A stretch of 64,000 bases of DNA from contig CM120648.1 of NCBI GenBank assembly GCA_051362555.1, positions 14,938,587 to 15,002,586 on the forward strand, in the 5' to 3' direction. How positions within the stretch are numbered: the stretch's first letter is position 1; each line of letters opens with the position of its first letter. Shown in pieces: positions 37,468 to 51,300 of the stretch. The position numbers and the translations under genes were made by a program. The notes under the pieces were generated by a model. It worked only from the letters and a program-made list of their open reading frames with translations, was not told where the DNA came from and did no database searches. The stretch is from Lingula anatina (Eukaryota > Animalia > Brachiopoda).

Positions 37468-40400
37468 GCTTATCACGCCCTGTGTCTATTTTAAGTTTTT
37501 TTTTATTGCCAATTCATATCAGAAGAGTGAGAATTTACGAAAACAAATATTTCAATATTCCAATAAATCATTTTATCTCAAATAAAACATCAAATGTGAT
37601 GACTTGTGTTTGTTTGTGTAGAAAGTGGCAAATTACCTATTATTGTCTTCTGACATACAACATATACCCATTCAAGACTTCTCCTTACTACGAATACAAG
37701 ATGCCGATTCCTCCTTACAGTGGGTTTCTGGAATCGGTCCGTTAGCACACCATTTGACCATGTCCTAAATCTTCCCACATATTATGTATTGTACACATGA
37801 ATGAGACATAGCACTGCTCTTGATGTTGTCTCTCAAAGCCTGTTTTTTTCTTAGCCATGAAGAGACAGAAAGAGTCTGCCAACCAAGAAGCCACAAGGCT
37901 GCAATATGGAAGGTTTACCTGGAAAAAGGGCAAATTACATGGAATAAAATAGTTAAATGTTAATTATTTTGACAAATATGGTCTAATGTTTGTGAAATTT
38001 GTACAAATAATGCCTAATAACAATAAAAATCTGACATAAGCTTATCAATTGACTGTGTGTAATGAAAACTATTTTTCGGACAATATACTGAAGAAAACCG
38101 AAAATAACGTTGAAAACAGAGGCAAATTTCAAGGATTAAAATAGTTAAATGTTAATAATTTTGACTAATGTAGTCTAATATTTGTGAAATTTGTACAAAT
38201 GATGCTTAACAACTGTAAAAATCTGACATAGGCTTATCAATTGACTGTGTGTAATGAAAACTACTTTTCGGACATTATACTGAAGAAAACCGATAATAAT
38301 GTGAAAACAGAGGCAAATTTCAAGGATTAAAATAGTTAAATGTTAATAATTTTGACAAATGTAGTCAAATATTTGTGAAATTTGTACAAATGATGCTTAA
38401 CAACTGTAAAAATCTGAGATAAGATTATCAGTTGCCTGAGTCTAATGAAACAGATTTTTTCACACAATATATTTGAGAAAACTGAAAATTACATTGAAAT
38501 CAATGGCAAGTTATATGGCTTAAAATAGTTAAACATTAATAATTGTGACAAAACTGGTCCAATCTTTGTGAAATTTGTGTAAATGATGCTTTACAACAAT
38601 AAAAATATGAGAAAAATTTATCACGCCCTGTGTCTATTTTAAGTTTTTTTTTATTGCCAATTCATATCAGAAGAGTGAGAATTTACGAAAACAAATATTT
38701 CAATATTCCAATAAATCATTTTATCTGAAATAAAAAAATCAAATGTGATGATTTGTGTTTGTTTGTGTAGGAAGTGGCAAATTACCTATTATTGTCTTCT
38801 GAAAAACAACATATACCCATTCAAGACTTCTCCTTACTACCAATACAAGATGCCAATTCCTCCTTACAGTGGGTTTCTGGAATCGGTCCGTTAGCACACC
38901 ATTTGACCATGTCCTAAATCTTCCCACATATTATGTATTGTACACATGAATGAGACATAGCACTGCTCTTGATGTTGTCTCTCAATGCCTGTTTTTTTCT
39001 TAGCCATGAAGAGACAGAAAGAGTCTGCCAACCAAGAAGCCACAAGGCTGCAATATGGAAGGTTTACCTGGAAAAAGGGCAAATTACATGGAATAAAATA
39101 CTTAAATGTTAATTATTTTGACAAATATGGTCTAATGTTTGTGAAATTTGTACAAATAATGCCTAATAACAATAAAAATCTGACATAAGCTTATCAATTG
39201 ACTGTGTGTAATGAAAACTATTTTTCGGACAATATACTGAAGAAAACCGAAAATAACGTTGAAAACAGAGGCAAATTTCAAGGATTAAAATAGTTAAATG
39301 TTAATAATTTTGACAAATGTAGTCTAATATTTGTGAAATTTGTACAAATGATGCTTAACAACTGTAAAAATCTGACATAGGCTTATCAATTGACTGTGTG
39401 TAATGAAAACTACTTTTCGGACATTATACTGAAGAAAACCGATAATAATGTGAAAACAGAGGCAAATTTCAAGGATTAAAATAGTTAAATGTTAATAATT
39501 TTGACAAATGTGGTCCAATATTTGTGAAATTTGTACAAATGATGCTTGACAACTGTAAAAATCTGAGATAAGATTATCAGTTGCCTGAGTCTAATGAAAC
39601 GGATTTTTTCACACAATATATCTGAGAAAACTGAAAATTACATTGAAATCAATGGCAAATTATATGCCTTAAAATAGTTAAACATTAATAATTTTGACAA
39701 AACTGGTCCAATCTTTGTGAAATTTGTGTAAATGATGCTTTACAACAATAAAAATATGAGAAAAATTTATCACGCCCTGTGTCTATTTTAAGTTTTTTTT
39801 TATTGCCAATTCATATCAGAAGAGTGAGAATTTACGAAAACAAATATTTCAATATTCCAATAAATCATTTTATCTCAAATAAAACATCAAATGTGATGAC
39901 TTGTGTTTGTTTGTGTAGAAAGTGGCAAATTACCTATTATTGTCTTCTGACATACAACATATACCCATTCAAGACTTCTCCTTACTACCAATACAAGATG
40001 CCGATTCCTCCTTACAGTGGCTTTCTGGAATTGGTCCGTTAGCACACCATTTGACCATGTCCTAAATCTTCCCACATATTATGTATTGTACACATGAATG
40101 AGACATAGCACTGCTCTTGATGTTGTCTCTCAATGCCTGTTTTTTTCTTAGCCATGAAGAGACAGAAAGAGTCTGCCAACCAAGAAGCCACAAGGCTGCA
40201 ATATGGAAGGTTTACCTGGAAAAAGGGCAAATTACATGGAATAAAATAGTTAAATGTTAATTATTTTGACAAATATGGTCTAATGTTTGTGAAATTTATA
40301 CAAATGATGCCTAATAAGAATAAAAATCTGACATAAGCTTATCAATTGACTGTGTGTAATGAAAACTATTTTTCGGACAATATATTGAAGAAAACCGAAA

Positions 40401-43400
40401 ATAACGTTGAAAACAGAGGCAAATTTCAAGGATTAAAATAGTTAAATGTTAATAATTTTGACAAATGTAGTCTAATATTTGTGAAATTTGTACAAATGAT
40501 GCTTAACAACTGTAAAAATCTGACAAGGGCTTATCAATTGACTGTGTGTAATGAAAACTACTTTTCGGACAATATACTGAAGAAAACCGATAATAATGTG
40601 AAAACAGAGGCAAATTTCAAGGATTAAAATAGTTAAATGTTAATAATTTTGACAAATGTGGTCTAATATTTGTGAAATTTGTACAAATGATGCTTAACAA
40701 CTGTAAAAATCTGAGATAAGATTATCAGTTGCCTGAGTCTAATGAAACAGATTTTTTCACACAATATATCTGAGAAAACTGAAAATTACATTAAAAAAAT
40801 CAATGGCAAATTATATGCCTTAAAATAGTTAAACATTAATAATTTTGACAAAACTGGTCCAATCTTTGTGAAATTTGTGTAAATGATGCTTTACAACAAT
40901 AAAAATATGAGAAAAATTTATCACGCCCTGTGTCTATTTTAAGTTTTTTTTTATTGCCAATTCATATCAGAAGAGTGAGAATTTACGAAAACAAATATTC
41001 CAATATTCCAATAAATCATTTTATCTCAAATAAAACATCAATTGTGATGACTTGTGTTTGTTTGTGTAGAAAGTGGCAAATTACCTATTATTGTCTTCTG
41101 ACATACAACATATACCCATTCAAGACTTCTCCTTACTACCAATACAAGATGCCGATTCCTCCTTACAGTGGGTTTCTGGAATCGGTCCGTTAGCACACCA
41201 TTTGACCATGTCCTAAATCTTCCCACATATTATGTATTGTACACATGGATGAGACATAGCGCTGCTCTTGATGTTGTCTCTCAATGCCTGTTTTTTTCTT
41301 AGCCATGAAGAGACAGAAAGAGCCTGCCAACCAAGAAGCCACAAGGCTGCAATATGGAAGGTTTACCTGGAAAAAGGGCAAATTTCATGGAATAAAATAG
41401 TTAAATGTTATTAATTTTGACAAATATGGTCTAATGTTTGTGAAATTTGTATAAATGATGCCTAATAACAATAAAAATCTGACATAAGCTTATCAATTGA
41501 CTGTGTGTAATGAAAACTATTTTTCGGACGATATATTGAAGAAAACTGAAAATAACGTTGAAAACAAAGGCAAATTTCAAGGATTAAAATAGTTAAATGT
41601 TAATAATTTTGACAAATGTGGTCTAATGTTTCTGAAATTTGTACATATGATGCCTAATAACAATAAAAATCTGACATAAGCTTATCAATTGACTGTGTGT
41701 AATGAAAACTACTTTTCGGACATTATACTGAAGAAAACCGATAATAATGTGAAAACAGAGGCAAATTTCAAGGATTAAAATAGTTAAATGTTAATAATTT
41801 TGACAAATGTGGTCTAATATTTGTGAAATTTGTACAAATGATGCTTAACAACTGTAAAAATCTGAGATAAGATTATCAGTTGCCTGAGTCTAATGAAACA
41901 GATTTTTTCACACAATATATCTGAGAAAACTGAAAATTACATTGAAATCAATGGCAAATTATAGCCTTAAAATAGTTAAACATTAATAATTTTGACAAAA
42001 CTGGTCCAATCTTTGTGAAATTTGTGTAAATGATGCTTTACAACAATAAAAATATGAGAAAAATTTATCACGCCCTGTGTCTATTTTAAGTTTTTTTTTA
42101 TTGCCAATTCATATCAGAAGAGTGAGAATTTACGAAAACAAATATTTCAATATTCCAATAAATCATTTTATCTCAAATAAAAAAATCAAATGTGATGATT
42201 TGTGTTTGTTTGTGTAGGAAGTGGCAAATTACCTATTATTGTCTTCTGAAAAACAACATATACCCATTCAAGACTTCTCCTTACTACCAATACAAGATGC
42301 CAATTCCTCCTTACAGTGGGTTTCTGGAATCGGTCCGTTAGCACACCATTTGACCATGTCCTAAATCTTCCCACATATTATGTATTGTACACATGAATGA
42401 GACATAGCACTGCTCTTGATGTTGTCTCTCAATGCCTGTTTTTTTCTTAGCCATGAAGAGACAGAAAGAGTCTGCCAACCAAGAAGCCACAAGGCTGCAA
42501 TATGGAAGGTTTACCTGGAAAAAGGGCAAATTACATGGAATAAAATAGTTAAATGTTAATTATTTTGACAAATATGGTCTAATGTTTGTGAAATTTGTAC
42601 AAATAATGCCTAATAACAATAAAAATCTGACATAAGCTTATCAATTGACTGTGTGTAATGAAAACTATTTTTCGGACAATATACTGAAGAAAACCGAAAA
42701 TAACGTTGAAAACAGAGGCAAATTTCAAGGATTAAAATAGTTAAATGTTAATAATTTTGACAAATGTAGTCTAATATTTGTGAAATTTGTACAAATGATG
42801 CTTAACAACTGTAAAAATCTGACATAGGCTTATCAATTGACTGTGTGTAATGAAAACTACTTTTCGGACATTATACTGAAGAAAACCGATAATAATGTGA
42901 AAACAGAGGCAAATTTCAAGGATTAAAATAGTTAAATGTTAATAATTTTGACAAATGTGGTCCAATATTTGTGAAATTTGTACAAATGATGCTTGACAAC
43001 TGTAAAAATCTGAGATAAGATTATCAGTTGCCTGAGTCTAATGAAACGGATTTTTTCACACAATATATCTGAGAAAACTGAAAATTACATTGAAATCAAT
43101 GGCAAATTATATGCCTTAAAATAGTTAAACATTAATAATTTTGACAAAACTGGTCCAATCTTTGTGAAATTTGTGTAAATGATGCTTTACAACAATAAAA
43201 ATATGAGAAAAATTTATCACGCCCTGTGTCTATTTTAAGTTTTTTTTTATTGCCAATTCATATCAGAAGAGTGAGAATTTACGAAAACAAATATTTCAAT
43301 ATTCCAATAAATCATTTTATCTCAAATAAAACATCAAATGTGATGACTTGTGTTTGTTTGTGTAGAAAGTGGCAAATTACCTATTATTGTCTTCTGACAT

Positions 43401-45300
43401 ACAACATATACCCATTCAAGACTTCTCCTTACTACCAATACAAGATGCCGATTCCTCCTTACAGTGGGTTTCTGGAATCGGTCCGTTAGCACACCATTTG
43501 ACCATGTCCTAAATCTTCCCACATATTATGTATTGTACACATGAATGAGACATAGCACTGCTCTTGATGTTGTCTCTCAATGCCTGTTTTTTTCTTAGCC
43601 ATGAAGAGACAGAAAGAGTCTGCCAACCAAGAAGCCACAAGGCTGCAATATGGAAGGTTTACCTGGAAAAAGGGCAAATTACATGGAATAAAATAGTTAA
43701 ATGTTAATTATTTTGACAAATATGGTCTAATGTTTGTGAAATTTGTACAAATGATGCCTAATAACAATAAAAATCTGACATAAGCTTATCAATTGACTGT
43801 GTGTAATGAAAACTATTTTTCGGACAATATATTGAAGAAAACCGAAAATAACGTTGAAAACAGAGGCAAATTTCAAGGATTAAAATAGTTAAATGTTAAT
43901 AATTTTGACAAATGTGGTCTAATATTTGTGAAATTTGTACAAATGATGCTTAACAACTGTAAAAATCTGAGATAAGATTATCAGTTGCCTGAGTCTAATG
44001 AAACAGATTTTTTCACACAATATATCTGAGAAAACTGAAAATTACATTGAAATCAATGGCAAATTATATGCCTTAAAATAGTTAAACATTAATAATTTTG
44101 ACAAAACTGGTCCAATCTTTGTGAAATTTGTGTAAATGATGCTTTACAACAATAAAAATATGAGAAAAATTTATCACGCCCTGTGTCTATTTTAAGTTTT
44201 TTTTTATTGCCAATTCATATCAGAAGAGTGAGAATTTACGAAAACAAATATTCCAATATTCCAATAAATCATTTTATCTCAAATAAAACATCAATTGTGA
44301 TGACTTGTGTTTGTTTGTGTAGAAAGTGGCAAATTACCTATTATTGTCTTCTGACATACAACATATACCCATTCAAGACTTCTCCTTACTACCAATACAA
44401 GATGCCGATTCCTCCTTACAGTGGGTTTCTGGAATCGGTCCGTTAGCACACCATTTGACCATGTCCTAAATCTTCCCACATATTATGTATTGTACACATG
44501 GATGAGACATAGTGCTGCTCTTGATGTTGTCTCTCAATGCCTGTTTTTTTCTTAGCCATGAAGAGACAGAAAGAGCCTGCCAACCAAGAAGCCACAAGGC
44601 TGCAATATGGAAGGTTTACCTGGAAAAAGGGCAAATTTCATGGAATAAAATAGTTAAATGTTATTAATTTTGACAAATATGGTCTAATGTTTGTGAAATT
44701 TGTATAAATGATGCCTTATAACAATAAAAATCTGACATAAGCTTATCAATTGACTGTGTGTAATGAAAACTATTTTTCGGACAATATATTGAAGAAAACT
44801 GAAAATAACGTTGAAAACAAAGGCAAATTTCAAGGATTAAAATAGTTAAATGTTAATAATTTTGACAAATGTGGTCTAATGTTTCTGAAATTTGTACATA
44901 TGATGCCTAACAACTGTAAAAATCTGACATAGGCCTATCAATTGACTGTGTGTAATGAAAACTACTTTTCGGACATTATACTGAAGAAAACCGATAATAA
45001 TGTGAAAACAGAGGCAAATTTCAAGGATTAAAATAGTTAAATGTTAATAATTTTGACAAATGTGGTCTAATGTTTCTGAAATTTGTACATATGATGCCTA
45101 ACAACTGTAAAAATCTGACATAGGCCTATCAATTGACTGTGTGTAATGAAAACTACTTTTCGGACATTATACTGAAGAAAACCGATAATAATGTGAAAAC
45201 AGAGGCAAATTTCAAGGATTAAAATAGTTAAATGTTAATAATTTTGACAAATGTAGTCTAATATTTGTGAAATTTGTACAAATGATGCTTAACAACTGTA
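32492..45300 (+). repeat. Second copy of the ~15 kb block at 1..~15100, shorter by two units
   Basis: Offsets are 32,491, then 31,342, then 30,199. Shared rare variants: gaaagcggc (1547/34038), caatagtcc (2695/35186) and acattaaaaaaatc (~9450/~40791). Confidence 0.88.
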
Positions 45301-48300
45301 AAAATCTGACATAGGCCTATCAATTGACTGTGTGTAATGAAAACTACTTTTCGGACATTATACTGAAGAAAACCGATAATAATGTGAAAACAGAGGCAAA
45401 TTTCAAGGATTAAAATAGTTAAATGTTAATAATTTTGACAAATGTGGTCTAATATTTGTGAAATTTGTACAAATGATGCTTAACAACTGTAAAAATCTGA
45501 GATAAGATTATCAGTTGCCTGAGTCTAATGAAACAAATTTTTTCACACAATATATCTGAGAAAACTGAAAATTACATTGAAATCAATGGCAAATTAAAGC
45601 CTTAAAATAGTTAAACATTAATAATTGTGACAAAACTGGTCCAATCTTTGTGAAATTTATGTAAATGATGCTTTACAACAATAAAAATATGAGAAAAGCT
45701 TATCACGCCCTGTGTCTATTTTAAGTTTTTTTTTATTGCCAATTCATATCAGAAGAGTGAGAATTTACGAAAACAAATATTTCAATATTCCAATAAATCA
45801 TTTTATCTCAAATAAAACATCAAATGTGATGACTTGTGTTTGTTTGTGTAGAAAGTGGCAAATTACCTATTATTGTCTTCTGACATACAACATATACCCA
45901 TTCAAGACTTCTCCTTACTACCAATACAAGATGCCGATTCCTCCTTACAGTGGGTTTCTGGAATCGGTCCGTTAGCACACCATTTGACCATGTCCTAAAT
46001 CTTCCCACATATTATGTATTGTACACATGAATGAGACATAGCACTGCTCTTGATGTTGTCTCTCAATGCCTGTTTTTTTCTTAGCCATGAAGAGACAGAA
46101 AGAGTCTGCCAACCAAGAAGCCACAAGGCTGCAATATGGAAGGTTTACCTGGAAAAAGGGCAAATTACATGGAATAAAATAGTTAAATGTTAATTATTTT
46201 GACAAATATGGTCTAATGTTTGTGAAATTTGTACAAATGATGCCTAATAACAATAAAAATCTGACATAAGCTTATCAATTGACTGTGTGTAATGAAAACT
46301 ATTTTTCGGACAATATATTGAAGAAAACCGAAAATAACGTTGAAAACAGAGGCAAATTTCAAGGATTAAAATAGTTAAATGTTAATAATTTTGACAAATG
46401 TAGTCTAATATTTGTGAAATTTGTACAAATGATGCTTAACAACTGTAAAAATCTGACATAGGCTTATCAATTGACTGTGTGTAATGAAAACTACTTTTCG
46501 GACAATATACTGAAGAAAACCGATAATAATGTGAAAACAGAGGCAAATTTCAAGGATTAAAATAGTTAAATGTTAATAATTTTGACAAATGTGGTCTAAT
46601 ATTTGTGAAATTTGTACAAATGATGCTTAACAACTGTAAAAATCTGAGATAAGATTATCAGTTGCCTGAGTCTAATGAAACAGATTTTTTCACACAATAT
46701 ATCTGAGAAAACTGAAAATTACATTGAAATCAATGGCAAATTATATGCCTTAAAATAGTTAAACATTAATAATTTTGACAAAACTGGTCCAATCTTTGTG
46801 AAATTTGTGTAAATGATGCTTTACAACAATAAAAATATGAGAAAAATTTATCACGCCCTGTGTCTATTTTAAGTTTTTTTTTATTGCCAATTCATATCAG
46901 AAGAGTGAGAATTTACGAAAACAAATATTCCAATATTCCAATAAATCATTTTATCTCAAATAAAACATCAAATGTGATGACTTGTGTTTGTTTGTGTAGA
47001 AAGTGGCAAATTACCTATTATTGTCTTCTGACATACAACATATACCCATTCAAGACTTCTCCTTACTACCAATACAAGATGCCGATTCCTCCTTACAGTG
47101 GGTTTCTGGAATCGGTCCGTTAGCACACCATTTGACCATGTCCTAAATCTTCCCACATATTATGTATTGTACACATGGATGAGACATAGCGCTGCTCTTG
47201 ATGTTGTCTCTCAATGCCTGTTTTTTTCTTAGCCATGAAGAGACAGAAAGAGCCTGCCAACCAAGAAGCCACAAGGCTGCAATATGGAAGGTTTACCTGG
47301 AAAAAGGGCAAATTTCATGGAATAAAATAGTTAAATGTTATTAATTTTGACAAATATGGTCTAATGTTTGTGAAATTTGTATAAATGATGCCTAATAACA
47401 ATAAAAATCTGACATAAGCTTATCAATTGACTGTGTGTAATGAAAACTATTTTTCGGACAATATATTGAAGAAAACTGAAAATAACGTTGAAAACAAAGG
47501 CAAATTTCAAGGATTAAAATAGTTAAATGTTAATAATTTTGACAAATGTGGTCTAATGTTTCTGAAATTTGTACATATGATGCCTAATAACAATAAAAAT
47601 CTGACATAAGCTTTTCAATTGACTGTTTGTAATGAAAACTATTTTTTGGACAATATACTGAAGAAAACCGAAAATAACGTTGAAAACAGAGGCAAATTAT
47701 AAGGATTAAAATAGTTAAATGTTAATAATTTTGACAAATGTAGTCAAATATTTGTGAAATTTGTACAAATGATGCTTAACAACTGTAAAAATCTGAGATA
47801 AGATTATCAGTTGCCTGAGTCTAATGAAACAGATTTTTTCACACAATATATTTGAGAAAACTGAAAATTACATTGAAATCAATGGCAAGTTATATGGCTT
47901 AAAATAGTAAAACATTAATAATTGTGACAAAACTGGTCCAATCTTTGTGAAATTTGTGTAAATGATGTTTTACAACAATAAAAATATGAGAAAAGCTTAT
48001 CACGCCCTGTGTCTATTTTAAGTTTTTTTTTATTGCCAATTCATATCAGAAGAGTGAGAATTTACGAAAACAAATATTTCAATATTCCAATAAATCATTT
48101 TATCTCAAATAAAACATCAAATGTGATGACTTGTGTTTGTTTGTGTAGAAAGTGGCAAATTACCTATTATTGTCTTCTGACATACAACATATACCCATTC
48201 AAGACTTCTCCTTACTACCAATACAAGATGCCGATTCCTCCTTACAGTGGGTTTCTGGAATCGGTCCGTTAGCACACCATTTGACCATGTCCTAAATCTT

Positions 48301-51300
48301 CCCACATATTATGTATTGTACACATGAATGAGACATAGCACTGCTCTTGATGTTGTCTCTCAATGCCTGTTTTTTTCTTAGCCATGAAGAGACAGAAAGA
48401 GTCTGCCAACCAAGAAGCCACAAGGCTGCAATATGGAAGGTTTACCTGGAAAAAGGGCAAATTACATGGAATAAAATAGTTAAATGTTAATTATTTTGAC
48501 AAATATGGTCTAATGTTTGTGAAATTTGTACAAATAATGCCTAATAACAATAAAAATCTGACATAAGCTTATCAATTGACTGTGTGTAATGAAAACTATT
48601 TTTCGGACAATATACTGAAGAAAACCGAAAATAACGTTGAAAACAGAGGCAAATTTCAAGGATTAAAATAGTTAAATGTTAATAATTTTGACAAATGTAG
48701 TCTAATATTTGTGAAATTTGTACAAATGATGCTTAACAACTGTAAAAATCTGACATAGGCTTATCAATTGACTGTGTGTAATGAAAACTACTTTTCGGAC
48801 ATTATACTGAAGAAAACCGATAATAATGTGAAAACAGAGGCAAATTTCAAGGATTAAAATAGTTAAATGTTAATAATTTTGACAAATGTGGTCCAATATT
48901 TGTGAAATTTGTACAAATGATGCTTGACAACTGTAAAAATCTGAGATAAGATTATCAGTTGCCTGAGTCTAATGAAACGGATTTTTTCACACAATATATC
49001 TGAGAAAACTGAAAATTACATTGAAATCAATGGCAAATTATATGCCTTAAAATAGTTAAACATTAATAATTTTGACAAAACTGGTCCAATCTTTGTGAAA
49101 TTTGTGTAAATGATGCTTTACAACAATAAAAATATGAGAAAAATTTATCACGCCCTGTGTCTATTTTAAGTTTTTTTTTATTGCCAATTCATATCAGAAG
49201 AGTGAGAATTTACGAAAACAAATATTTCAATATTCCAATAAATCATTTTATCTCAAATAAAACATCAAATGTGATGACTTGTGTTTGTTTGTGTAGAAAG
49301 TGGCAAATTACCTATTATTGTCTTCTGACATACAACATATACCCATTCAAGACTTCTCCTTACTACCAATACAAGATGCCGATTCCTCCTTACAGTGGGT
49401 TTCTGGAATCGGTCCGTTAGCACACCATTTGACCATGTCCTAAATCTTCCCACATATTATGTATTGTACACATGAATGAGACATAGCACTGCTCTTGATG
49501 TTGTCTCTCAATGCCTGTTTTTTTCTTAGCCATGAAGAGACAGAAAGAGTCTGCCAACCAAGAAGCCACAAGGCTGCAATATGGAAGGTTTACCTGGAAA
49601 AAGGGCAAATTACATGGAATAAAATAGTTAAATGTTAATTATTTTGACAAATATGGTCTAATGTTTGTGAAATTTGTACAAATGATGCCTAATAACAATA
49701 AAAATCTGACATAAGCTTATCAATTGACTGTGTGTAATGAAAACTATTTTTCGGACAATATATTGAAGAAAACCGAAAATAACGTTGAAAACAGAGGCAA
49801 ATTTCAAGGATTAAAATAGTTAAATGTTAATAATTTTGACAAATGTGGTCTAATATTTGTGAAATTTGTACAAATGATGCTTAACAACTGTAAAAATCTG
49901 AGATAAGATTATCAGTTGCCTGAGTCTAATGAAACAGATTTTTTCACACAATATATCTGAGAAAACTGAAAATTACATTGAAATCAATGGCAAATTATAT
50001 GCCTTAAAATAGTTAAACATTAATAATTTTGACAAAACTGGTCCAATCTTTGTGAAATTTGTGTAAATGATGCTTTACAACAATAAAAATATGAGAAAAA
50101 TTTATCACGCCCTGTGTCTATTTTAAGTTTTTTTTTATTGCCAATTCATATCAGAAGAGTGAGAATTTACGAAAACAAATATTCCAATATTCCAATAAAT
50201 CATTTTATCTCAAATAAAACATCAATTGTGATGACTTGTGTTTGTTTGTGTAGAAAGTGGCAAATTACCTATTATTGTCTTCTGACATACAACATATACC
50301 CATTCAAGACTTCTCCTTACTACCAATACAAGATGCCGATTCCTCCTTACAGTGGGTTTCTGGAATCGGTCCGTTAGCACACCATTTGACCATGTCCTAA
50401 ATCTTCCCACATATTATGTATTGTACACATGGATGAGACATAGTGCTGCTCTTGATGTTGTCTCTCAATGCCTGTTTTTTTCTTAGCCATGAAGAGACAG
50501 AAAGAGCCTGCCAACCAAGAAGCCACAAGGCTGCAATATGGAAGGTTTACCTGGAAAAAGGGCAAATTTCATGGAATAAAATAGTTAAATGTTATTAATT
50601 TTGACAAATATGGTCTAATGTTTGTGAAATTTGTATAAATGATGCCTTATAACAATAAAAATCTGACATAAGCTTATCAATTGACTGTGTGTAATGAAAA
50701 CTATTTTTCGGACAATATATTGAAGAAAACTGAAAATAACGTTGAAAACAAAGGCAAATTTCAAGGATTAAAATAGTTAAATGTTAATAATTTTGACAAA
50801 TGTGGTCTAATGTTTCTGAAATTTGTACATATGATGCCTAACAACTGTAAAAATCTGACATAGGCCTATCAATTGACTGTGTGTAATGAAAACTACTTTT
50901 CGGACATTATACTGAAGAAAACCGATAATAATGTGAAAACAGAGGCAAATTTCAAGGATTAAAATAGTTAAATGTTAATAATTTTGACAAATGTGGTCTA
51001 ATGTTTCTGAAATTTGTACATATGATGCCTAACAACTGTAAAAATCTGACATAGGCCTATCAATTGACTGTGTGTAATGAAAACTACTTTTCGGACATTA
51101 TACTGAAGAAAACCGATAATAATGTGAAAACAGAGGCAAATTTCAAGGATTAAAATAGTTAAATGTTAATAATTTTGACAAATGTAGTCTAATATTTGTG
51201 AAATTTGTACAAATGATGCTTAACAACTGTAAAAATCTGACATAGGCCTATCAATTGACTGTGTGTAATGAAAACTACTTTTCGGACATTATACTGAAGA

